DNA of 63,777 nt, counting the filler, from Rozella allomycis CSF55 (Eukaryota), in NCBI GenBank assembly GCA_000442015.1. It is 8 parts of 8 records of this genome, joined end to end, with 100 filler letters (N's around TTAATTAATTAA, not from the genome) between each part and the next. Parts side by side here need not be neighbours in the genome. Positions count along the whole stretch, not along the records: positions 1 to 28,026 come from KE561016.1; positions 28,127 to 44,073 come from KE561019.1; 6 more parts are not named here. One strand, 5' to 3'. How positions within the stretch are numbered: position 1 is the first letter of the stretch; the number at the start of each line of letters is the position of its first letter. The position numbers and the translations under genes are program-made. This document shows positions 24,101 to 34,930 of the stretch, in pieces. The notes beneath the pieces were generated by a model. The model had not been told where the DNA came from and did not search any database. It saw only the letters and a program-made list of their open reading frames with translations.

Positions 24101-26408
24101 CAATTTCAGGGGTTAATAAAGATTTGTTTATTTATGTAAAGAATAGAATTGATAAAACGAAATACAATGTGTACAATATAACTAATCTAGTTGCTGCCAA
24201 GATTAGTATGGGGAATTGTTTGGTGTCACCGTGGGGAGTAGATAAGACTGATTGTTTCAGTCGATATGATTCAGGCAATGATTTGAACTGTTTGGAAGAT
24301 TATGTTGTTGGTGTGTTGGATACTAGAGGCTCTGTTAGTTGTATGGCAGCGAGGGTGATAATGATTGGATCAACAGCGTTGGTTGCTGCGATTATGGCGT
24401 TCAAGTTTATTTCAGCGTTGCAGTTTGGAATGAAGCCAGAGCCAGAAGAGTTGGATAAATTTGTTATATTGCAAGTACCATGTTACACAGAAGGCGAAGA
24501 GTCGTTGAGAAAGACGCTGGATTCATTGGCAGTGTTGAGATACGATGATAAGAGAAAGTTGTTGTTTATTGTAGCTGATGGGATGGTCATTGGCAGTGGN
24601 TTATTGTTGCTGATGGGATGGTCATTGGCAGTGGCAATGATAGACCAACGCCTAGAATAGTTTTAGATATTTTGGGCGTAGATCCATCGATTGATCCAGA
24701 ACCATTAAGCTTCATTTCTATTGGCGAGGGATCTAAACAACATAACATGGGAAAAGTTTATTCTGGATTGTATGAGTGTGCTGGTCATAGAGTGCCATTC
24801 ATTGTGATAATAAAAACAGGCAAACCATCTGAAAGATCTAGACCAGGTACCTAAAATAGATTGTGAAAAATAGGAAATAGAGGTAAAAGAGATTCACAGA
24901 TGATTTTAATGAAATTTCTCAATAAGATCCATTATGATACGCCAATGACTCCATTGGAATTAGAAATTTATTATCAAATAAAGAATGTGATTGGTGTTGA
25001 TCCTAGCTATTATGAATATTGTTTGATGGTTGATGCAGATACAGAAGTTAAACCAGATTCATTAACTAGAATGGTTTCTAATATGATTCATGATACAAAG
25101 ATTATGGGAATTTGTGGGGAAACTCAAATTGCTAATGAAAAAGATTCATGGGTCACAATGATTCAAGTTTACGGTAAATGTTTTCTATTCTCCTAAATAG
25201 AATATTACATTTCTCATTATATAGCAAAAGCGTTTGAATCATTGTTTGGCACTGTTACTTGTTTGCCTGGTTGTTTCTGCATGTACAGGATTAAGACTGC
25301 TCACAAGCAACAAGCGTTAATTGCTTCAAATCAAATCATCGCTGAATATTCTGAAAACAACGTTGACACTCTGCACAAGAAGAATCTACTCTCGCTTGGT
25401 GAAGATCGCTACTTGACAACTCTAATGCTCAAATATTTCCCCGATTACAAGACAAGATTCATTGGTGATGCTCAATGCATGACTGTTGTGCCTGATAAAT
25501 GGTCTGTTTTATTATCTCAGCGCAGAAGATGGATCAATTCCACAATCCACAACATGTTTGAATTAATGTTCCTGTCTCAGCTATGCGGCTTCTGCATGTT
25601 CTCCATGCGCTTTGTTGTCTTCATTGATCTACTGGCCACCCTCATCATGCCTGCTACGTTTGGCTATCTGGTCTATCTAATCTACGATTCAGTCTCCAAC
25701 CAAACAGTCCCCGTTGAATCTCTCTACCTAATAGCGGCAATCTACGGCATGCAAGTCATCATCTTCATCCTCAAACTACAGTGGCAGCACATCGGCTGGC
25801 TCATCATCAACATTCTCGCCATGCCCGTCTTTTCATTCTTCGTTCCCCTCTACTCTTACTGGCACTTTGACGACTTTAGCTGGGGCAACACCCGTCTCGT
25901 CCTCGGCGAGCGCGGCAAGGTTCTGCATGTCGGCGACAATGAGCATTTCGATCCAAGCTCCATTCCTACAATGCGATGGCAAGATTTCGACAACCAGTCA
26001 CATCATCCAAACCAATACGACAACACCCAGCAACAGTACCAACAGCCGTCAGACTACTACAGACCAGTTACAGCAGCCAGCCAATTCAAGCCGCAGTCAT
26101 CACACATCACCCCGCTCCAAAGAGTCTACTCGTCGGAACAGTTCCATCGGTCAGCCTCAAACACCTCTTTCAACGGATTCGAGAAATCATCTTCTACAAA
26201 CAACCTTTTGAAACAACAGTTGGATAATCTGCCGTCAGATGATGACATTGTTAATGAAATTAGGAATATTATTGCTACATCTAATCTTATGAATATTACA
26301 AAGAAACAGGTCAGGGATCAACTAGCACTGTTTTTTGGAGTGGATATGAATCCAAAGAGAGAGTTTATTAATCAGGCTATTGAATTGATATTGCAGGGGA
26401 GGTTGTAA
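21141..26408 (+). CDS. Myosin-motor chitin synthase (class V/VII type) with cytochrome-b5-like and DEK_C domains, multi-exon
   Basis: Myosin [100 protein letters not shown]. Confidence 0.96.
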
Positions 26409-26820
26409 CTCAATAAACACAGTTTTAGATTTAAATGTTATTTGGGATTTTTAAGTAGTTAAGTGTCGTTTTGAGAATATCTATTAACAGATTAGATATC
26501 CTTTCATTAGATATCCTTTCAAAAATACTTTAGGTATCTTTCATAGATGAATATTTTTATTTAAGCTTTCATTCCTTGACCTAGCCTAATGTCAAGTGTC
26601 CTCAACTACATACCCCTCTTCCCAGAAAATAACCCACAAAGTCAAATCCCTGTCATTACTCCAGACTGGATGCTAGTTGACGCTTTCAAAGAAACAATCC
26701 AAGACGATTTCGTCACCATCGAACGAAAAGCTTTCACAAAATCATACGCAGAAGTACTCAAAACCTCGTCCATCTGTCCATTCAAATAAAGAAAAAGATC
26801 ATTTCCAACATCTCTTTTAT

Positions 26821-27611
26821 TTATCTACGAGCATAAGTAATTTTCACAGTATTAACACCGTCAATTTTATAATTAAGCAGCGCATTCTTTGCCATCGTAG
26901 CCTGCATCTCCGTCTCAAACTCTATAAACGCAATATCCGATTTGCCAGGCACCAGTCGAATATCCCTAAACCCACCAAACCTTGTAAATCCACACAATAC
27001 TTCTTACGGTTGAAACAGCGAACGCAAAGAGCCCTCTGTAACAGATGGCGGCAGCTGCTGCAGAAACAAAACCTTGTTCGGCATCTCGCCAGACGGCACA
27101 TGCGGAATAACATTCGGCATCGGGCCACCACCGCTGATAAGCTGCTGCATAACCTGCTTTCTCGTCGCGCGTGGGTACCGCGCCTTTTCCTGCTTGTGGT
27201 GCAGCTGCTTGCGGTACTCTTGGTCAAACGTGCCGTCGGATTTAGACACGATGTAGCTTTTGAACTTTGCATAGTTGATACGCTGTTACTTTAATATGGA
27301 TAGATTACCATCGGCTTGAACCAGACAGGATACGATTGCATGCCCTCGACGGCTTTCATCGCATCGTCAATCGAACTAAAGACTATAAATGCCTGACCAC
27401 GCATATTGATGTTGCGCTTCACTTTAATTTGTACAATGTTGCCGTAGGGCTCAAACAGCTCGTATAATATCTTTTCGGAATCTATTTAAAATGGAGCGTG
27501 TTGTTTACCCACTTTTCTCATCTTTTCTGGAAGGTTCTGAATATATATGGTATTGTTTGGAGAGTTGAATGGAATACTTGTTCCAGGAACTACCTTTTCC
27601 TCAAAAAGCAT
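26821..27611 (-). CDS. U1A/U2B'' snRNP two-RRM protein, multi-exon
   Basis: Manual translation: PNNTIYIQNLPEK...MRGQAFIVF...KPM; SKSD; PNKVLFLQQLP; C-terminal VKITYARR*. Confidence 0.88.
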
Positions 27612-27689
27612 TCAAAGTGTTAGTGGCTGAGACCAGGGCTTCTTTAATTGTTTAAAGAGTTGAAATAAACTTGGAAAATAACACGGAAA

Positions 27690-28026
27690 TTAGGTTTTAT
27701 TACTTAATAAAACATTTAACTTTTGCTGAATTGCATTAATAAAATCCTCTGTATTCAGATAGTGCTCTTTTGTCATTCTATATCATGAACGTGACGAAAT
27801 ACTTATTACCTGGAACCATAAAAAACCAATGCAAGGTCTTTGGTCATCTTTCGGTCTTTCTCCACCAGGTCAATGCAGGCTTGATCCAATGTTTTACAAA
27901 AGTGATCAAGTTCATGATTTTGATCGAGCTTTGCCCTATGTGACAATCCTCTTGTCCATGCAAAAATACTCGCAATGGGATTGGTACTTGTTTCTTTTCC
28001 TTTGAGGTACTCTCTGTAATGGCGGG
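27690..28026 (-). CDS. IDP: NADP-dependent isocitrate dehydrogenase, 3' end only (cut by gap)
   Basis: Not in the ORF track. Manual translation: [34 protein letters not shown]...MTKDLAL|...[11 protein letters not shown]. Confidence 0.9.
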
Positions 28027-28126
28027 NNNNNNNNNNNNNNNNNNNNNNNNNNNNNNNNNNNNNNNNNNNNTTAATTAATTAANNNNNNNNNNNNNNNNNN
28101 NNNNNNNNNNNNNNNNNNNNNNNNNN
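28027..28126. other. Artificial contig linker (N-run + TTAATTAATTAA + N-run); also at 44074-44173, 45419-45518, 55622-55721, 56764-56863, 58496-58595, 62549-62648
   Basis: The same 100-nt spacer with stops in all six frames occurs 7 times. Confidence 0.97.
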
Positions 28127-28165
28127 CCTGAAAATAAAAAACCTGAAAGTGGCTTAGGTTGAAGA

Positions 28166-30480
28166 ATGGAGTCAACTAACATAAGAATATGCCGACGAAA
28201 GAAATCGCTTTTTACAAAGCAAGTAATGGGCAAACGTTTTGCAAGGGAAAACGTTGAAGAGTTGTTATTCTTTATAGATTCTAACAAACAAGTCATATTA
28301 GGTGACGACGCGGTGGAGCTACATTTGTGTTTGCTCAAAAAGAGCCTACATTTTCCTTTCTCTGTTGAAGATGCTAAAATTTCTGGACATGTTGTGTTTA
28401 CTTTAAAAGATGACATCGGAGTACAAGGTGACTGTCTTTGTTGTATTCTAAATATTCCGCATATAGGACAAGGCATAAGTAATATATTAGCAAAATCTTT
28501 TTAGACTTTTATAAAATTGTCAGAGAGAATGGTAATGGAGTTAGCCTAACCACCATTCATGTCTCACATCATTCGGAATTGACTAGTGTTATGACTTATT
28601 GGTTTCAACAGCAATTTACACATGGTGTGAATTCCAGGTAATTGAATATCTTGTATGTAATTCAGGAACGTTCATCACTTTGGATTACTGAATTCTAAAA
28701 CTGCGAAAGTGTGGAAAACCAAGGCGACAAAAAGGGAGCAGAATTGCATGTTTTGTGCTTTAGCTGAACATAGTGGCATATCTATGATCCCGGGACATCA
28801 TCTCAAGCCTATAGTACTAACACACATTAGTGTGAAACAAAACGTCAACAAGTCTGACTCACTCGCAAATGAGCATGATTGCATCAACGCAGAGGAAGTG
28901 GGTGATAGGAATGATGTTCAGCAAGCTGAAATTGAAATTTGTGCCAATAATTATGAAAGGCCACGAGAGACTGCAGATTCTGTAAGAAGCGACATAAAGG
29001 TTGTTGATGAAATTTCAAATTTTGGCACGGAAAATTCTGAGACTGGAAGTGCATATGAAGAATATTCTACCGACACGGAAGAGGACGCGGAGCTACCAAA
29101 TAATAGAACCTTTGAGGTGAAAGATGAGAGCATTGCAGTGGCGGATGTTGAAAACACGGAAGCTATACATGAAACAACAATCCCAATGAGTGACACGGCT
29201 GAAATTATATGTGGTGATACTACAGAACCAGAACTTAAACACTCTGGGCTACGTGAAATAGAGGAGTGTGTAGAAGATNTAAACACGGAAGCTATACATA
29301 AAACAACAAGCCCGATGAGTGTCACGGTTGACATTATACGTGGTGATACTACAGAACTTAAACACTCTGGGCTACGTGAAATAGAGGAGTGTGTAGAAGA
29401 TATAAGAAAAGAAACAGTTGTTAGTGTAATATTTATTGTAAATGTTAACTAGAACGTGGATGTATCTAACACAACATGTATGGGCGAAGTTGGGATAAAT
29501 GCAGAAATTTTATCCATGGTCAAATCTTTGACGACGATCGTTTTTGATCTGCGCGACAAAATTGAATCTATGTCGTCGAAAATTAGTGGAATTGAACGAA
29601 AAGTCGAAAGTGTACAAATGGAATTAACAAGAAGATTTCGACGCTTAGAGACAAAATTAGATTTGCTGTACGAGGAATATGTTTTTTCCTCCGTCATGAA
29701 ATTCTGTAGGCGTCAATGGATGCTAAACATATTTGATGACATAGATCCATATGATCGACTCTATGTATCTTCAGGTAAACACACATATTGTCTGGTAAAG
29801 TTTATCGAGAAGAATTCACCCAGCTCCATGCCAAATTGAATACCTTGAAAGCATACTGGGATGCCTTACCAATTAAACATCCTTCTCTTTGTCCCAAACA
29901 AGTAAAATTCAATATTTTGGGATTTGCTAATACTGATGCTACGCCCCGTCCCCTGAAGATGTCACCGATAAATAGTCCGTATGAAGAGAGAGGAGCGTAT
30001 TTGCGAGTTGAAAGCCGCGACAAGCCAATTGATGCTGATGTTAATGCGATTGTANTCAATATTTTCGGATTTGCTAATATCAAGATGTCACCGTTAAATA
30101 GACTGTATGAAGAGAGAGGAGCGTATTTGCGAGTCGTAAGCCGTGACAAAACCATCGATGCTGATGTTAATGCGATTGTAATTTTTGAAGCCACAACGGC
30201 CAAGGTGGAATGGGATGCTGAAAAACTGGCATGTCCTTCAAAACCTATGTCGATGTTGCTGTACAAGTTGTGTCAGCTAGAACGGCAAGTACAACTAATA
30301 ATGCTCGTTTATAATGCGGATCCAAGAGCTATTTTTGCTGGCCTATGTTGCCATTATTTAAGACGTAAATTGCACAATACTAAGCAATGGATTGAAGAAA
30401 TTAAAAACTCTGAATTTGCCAAATGCATTCCTATTCTCACAAAGTTGATGACAATAAATCAATTCACAATAACCACCTGA
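28166..30480 (+). CDS. Orphan multi-exon gene: acidic region, coiled coil, C-terminal PD-(D/E)xK-like segment
   Basis: Chain of same-strand ORFs separated by short GT-AG intervals; heptads ISGIERKVESVQMELTRRFRRLETKLD; IDADVNAIVIFEAT...KLCQLER. The exon structure is tentative. Confidence 0.5.
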
Positions 30481-30642
30481 ACAGTGATATTTGAAAGAAT
30501 AAATGTTTATGATTTATCTGTATAATTTATTTTATTGCTTACAACTCGCAAATAAACTTTGTGAGAATAGGAATGCATTTGGCAAATTCAATTTCTTCAA
30601 TCCATTGCTTGGTATTGTGCAAATTATTTCTTAAATAATGGC
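30350..30642. repeat. Inverted repeat, arms about 30350-30446 and 30555-30642
   Basis: The right arm is the near-exact reverse complement of the 3' coding end of the upstream gene, with a 9-nt deletion. Confidence 0.9.
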
Positions 30643-31000
30643 TTCATGAGCATAACCGTTTCCCTTTTTCACAATCTTCTTATTGGATTATCAGGGTGTT
30701 AATAGCTTTGCTGGCTTCAACATCTAAAGTGTCTCAGTTGAAGAACACATTTTTACAAGAAAATTGTAATCCGATGATGCCATTGTTACGTCACTCTGCA
30801 CCGTCTCTAAAAACAGTACTCCGCACTGGTGCCGCCACGCTTCAATCCACTTCAACTTGCTCAAATTGATTGCTCTTGATAAGTTTATTTTTAATCAATT
30901 AGTGGCGAGATATGATAAAACGGAGCGTTCAAAATTTTGTATGTTCATATCTACTGATAAGTTATATGGACATCAAAAGATAAAAAATGTAATGAAAAGG

Positions 31001-32939
31001 CTACAAGTTGTTTTTATTCATGAGAACATAGTCCAGTCCCATAGATTTTAAAAAGACTTTAGCGTTTTGAATTTCTTCTTCCTTTCTTTCTTTGTTCCAA
31101 TTTAATTCTTCACTCATGATTTCAGCAATTTTTGGTATTGCCTTGTCTGCTGCCGCACAATCCAGAAAAGAAAGTCTAGTTCTTCTAGCGATGACGTCTA
31201 CAATTGTTTGAGCATATTCATGTTTAACGGCATAGTTTACTTCTGATTCAAGATAAGGAAAACCTTCAACAAGACGCTTCTTTGACGATTTTTCAGCAGC
31301 AACCAGTTTCGCCCTATCCCCATAACTGTGGACGAGATGTTTAGCAACGTCTTTTTCCAAACCGAATTCTTGAATCAATTTTAGATACATAGATTTTGTA
31401 TAACCGTACGATCCAACGACTTTTAGATTTTCAGTTCTGCATTCACCTGCCTTGTTACTGAGACCGAATTCTGATATAGCTTTGTTAATAGCATCAGACG
31501 CCATGTTTCGGTATGTTGTCCATTTTCCACCAGCAATTGTTAAAAGTCCACTGTTACTTACATGAACCATATGATTTCTCACTAATGATTCAGTGTTCAC
31601 AGCATTAGGGTCTTTAACTAAAGGACGAATTCCACTCCATGCAGACAAAACATCGCTTTTCCTTAATTTCAAATCAGAACCAAAGTAATGCGAAATCTCG
31701 TTCAGGATAAAATCAATCTCCTTTTCAGTTGGAATGGGATTTTCTGTCACCTGAGTTGGCTCATCTATTTTGTATGCATGAAGATTGTTACCAGTTGTAC
31801 CAGCTATTACTGCACCTTGCCATGGAAGAAAAAATACCACTCTCCCATCACTAGTGTTGGCATCAACTAATCCCATGCCTTTTGGACAAAAGTATGAAGG
31901 AAGAGTAACATGAACTCCAGATGATGGTGCAACAACTTGTTTGCAATCTTGTTCATCCATTTGTCTAATAGAATCAGTAAATGGTCCAGTTGCATTGATT
32001 ATTCCTTTAGCCTTAACATTCCATGTTTCATTGCTAATTTTATCTCTCAAAGTTGCTCCACAAAGCTTTCCATTCTCTTTCAATAGGGACACAACTTCAA
32101 CGTGATTCGCAACAGTGGCCCCTTGTTGGATTGCAGTTAAAGTAAGTGCCATGTTCATTCTAGAATCATTTTGCATCCCTAATTCAACTACACTCTTTCT
32201 CTTACCATCATAATATATAATCGCTCCAAAGAGATTTTCACCATTTAACATTGGAAACGTTTCCAATGCCTTCTTCTTTCCCATAAAATAGCTTTTTGTT
32301 AATCCGCTTCTGCCTGCAAATAAATCATAAAACTTTGCCCCAACATAATAATATGGCGCCATGTACCATTTATATACCGGAAGCATAATTGGTACTTCAT
32401 AGGAAAGATAAGGTGCAATGTTCAAAAAAGTTGTTCTCTCATGCAAAGCCTCAACAACAAGATCATATTGGCCCTTGTCTAAATTCCAAAATGCCTTTTC
32501 TAAATATCTAACCCCACCATGAACAAGTTTTGTGCTCTTTGACGATGTGCCGGCAGAAAAGTCATCCCGTTCCACACATGCTACTTTCAAGCCACGAGAG
32601 GCAGCATCTAGAACACATCCTGCACCTGTGGCACCCCCACCGATAATTAACAAATCGTACTCTTGAGTCTTCAAATCTTTGATCATTTCATCGCGGCTAG
32701 GTGGTATCCAATATTGATCCTACCTAAAATGTCCATCAATTGTTTACTTTGGTACTTAAACCATTAGAGAATGTTTCAGTGTACATTACGTGGGGTAAAT
32801 GACGAATACCTTGCTTGAAATAGTCCATCATACGGAATTCTTGTTTTTCATTTTTGGATTTCAAGTTGTAGTAAAGATAAGATGTGGCGGCTACAGTTAC
32901 GCAACCAAGTAACATGCGATTGGATGTGAACCGATGCAT
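31001..32939 (-). CDS. GUT2: Mitochondrial FAD glycerol-3-phosphate dehydrogenase
   Basis: DLLIIGGGATGAG, GTSSKSTKLVHGGVRYL, AWSGIRPL, GGKWTTYR, DVIARRTRL. In-frame 27-nt introns at 32179-32205 and 31765-31791. Confidence 0.96.
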
Positions 32940-33353
32940 GTTTGCAATTGCTGCTTAGCCACGCTGATAAGATATTTATCACCTATCGTCTGTTCCATTA
33001 TCAATTTTTGGCATTTATAACTTATAAATCATATTGTATTCACATACATGCCATTTAGAGGTTTATTATTTTCTAATATTGCTAAGGGGAATATCAATAG
33101 TCAATTGTAATGCCGGCAAAAATCCAATTAATGTAATGTTTGAATAAATGAATGATTGAATGATTCATTAACATTTAGTGTCTATGATTCACTTTTGCTC
33201 ATGATGGCATTAAATTCAACTTAACATATTTACTCGCCTTAAATTTAATTTTATTACTTTCTTAATTCAAATCATAATCCAGATACTAAAACACTGAACT
33301 AGTGTATTAGTGCTACTACAATAGGCTTTAAACAACTGTGCCACAGTCCCTTC

Positions 33354-34031
33354 ATGACAGTAGAACCATCAACGAACGAAGCAATCACATTGAAAATTCT
33401 CTTGATAGGAGATTCTGGGGTTGGGAAATCATCAATTCTTTCAAGATTTGTATCAGACCAATTTCTCGGCGAAGATATGCAAGAAGCGACTATCGGGGTT
33501 GATTTCAAAGTGAAGAACATGAATTCAGGAAACCGCAAAGTAAAACTTACGATATGGGTAAATATATTAATTTTTGGTCAAATAGGATACCGCAGGACAG
33601 GAAAGATTCCGTACATTAACAACATCATACTATCGGGGTGCTCACGGAGTGATTCTAGTATATGACGTCACCAATAAAAGTACGTTTCAAAGCTTGGATA
33701 CTTGGTACCACGAACAGTCAAACTTTGTTACCAATGAAAATGCGATTCGAATGATTGTCGGAAATAAAATTGACAAGGAAAGCGAACGCTCTGTGATCAG
33801 AGAAGAAGGTGTTGAATATGCAAAGGAGAAGCAGGCGCTCTTTGTTGAATGCTCGGCAAAGAGTAGCGTTGGAGTTGAAGATTGCTTCAATGAAATGGTG
33901 CAAAAAGTAATCAGTTGAATGTGGTTTTGATCTAGATTTTAGATACACCAAGTTTATTTTCATCTGAAAAGAAAGAGGGTATAAATCTTGCTACTGATAA
34001 CTATTCATATATTTCAAATTGTGGTTGTTAA
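33354..34031 (+). CDS. RAB18: Rab GTPase, Rab18-like
   Basis: [62 protein letters not shown]-terminal CGC. Confidence 0.88.
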
Positions 34032-34065
34032 TAAATTTTGACATTTCATTTAATCAATTTCGGAA

Positions 34066-34604
34066 ATGATGAATGTAAACAATTGGTAGATTATTTGCTA
34101 GCATGTGATGTTGAAATGGACCTACAATGTAGAAATGATTTTCTTTGAAACATTTTCATCAAACTCTATTGGCGGTAAGTTAGATTTCAATGGATGAAAG
34201 AGTTTGTCTTTTTGCTAGCTGCTGTATTTGCATTTAGCTTTGCAAGTCATTCACTTTGTTATATGCATGGTCAATGGGTTGAAAGAATTGACGAGTTTAT
34301 TCGAAAGCGGAGTAGCGTGGATGTTGAATTGAGTACCAACCAAAGCGAAGAGAATCTAATTTCTCCGCGCCATCATAATGAATTGAATGAAACAAATGAA
34401 ACTATTCGCGCAAAACAGACATTTGCTAGATTTGTAGATTATTGTATTATGTTTTTGTATTGTTTTGCGCATTATATATGTATGTTAATAGCAATGACGA
34501 TGAATGGCTATGTGATAATCGCAATTAGCATGGGCTGGGCAATGTCATCAACTATATGTAAAACATATTCCAATCCCAAGAGCAATCACTCTAGCCGACA
34601 TTAG
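34066..34604 (+). CDS. Ctr-family copper transporter
   Basis: Three hydrophobic segments; MxxxM motif MLIAMTMNGY followed by ISMGWA. Short 5' exons inferred: MMN|HVMLKW...IFFETF. Confidence 0.75.
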
Positions 34605-34682
34605 AAATAAATTATCTACTCAATTTTATTAGTGATAAATAAATAAAGTTCATACTATTAAAATAACAAAGGAAAACAAAAA

Positions 34683-34757
34683 TGTCTTTGTCCGGACTCG
34701 AACCGGAGGCCTTTCTGCGTGTGAAGCAGATGTGATAACCAACTACACCACAAAGAC
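34683..34757 (-). tRNA. tRNA-Val(CAC)
   Basis: Reverse complement GTCTTTGTGGTGTAGTTGGTTATCACATCTGCTTCACACGCAGAAAGGCCTCCGGTTCGAGTCCGGACAAAGACA. Acceptor GTCTTTG/CAAAGAC, anticodon stem TCTGC/GCAGA, T loop GTTCGA. Confidence 0.95.
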
Positions 34758-34930
34758 ATGTTAACACCTCATTTAGTTATTTTGATAAAATAGTTTGCGA
34801 CTTTGTAACTTCTCATCCATCAAAATCATTGTTTAAGCTTTAAAAACTCTATTCAAAACAAATTTAATTTTTTCCTATTTTAACATTTAGAAAAAGGTTA
34901 AAAAAATTTTAGAAATTGAAACCAGGGGCC

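Noticed and set aside
22785..24640. Apparent frameshifts in myosin-CHS (22812, 24600); similar ones in SEN1 (38152) and the CR gene (18177)
   Set aside because: Each coincides with an 'n' flanked by a short duplicated overlap; not pseudogenisation or programmed frameshifting.
28071..28082. Recurrent TTAATTAATTAA palindrome and ORFs ending in 'LIN'
   Set aside because: Artificial six-frame-stop linker inside N runs; adjacency across these linkers is not biological.
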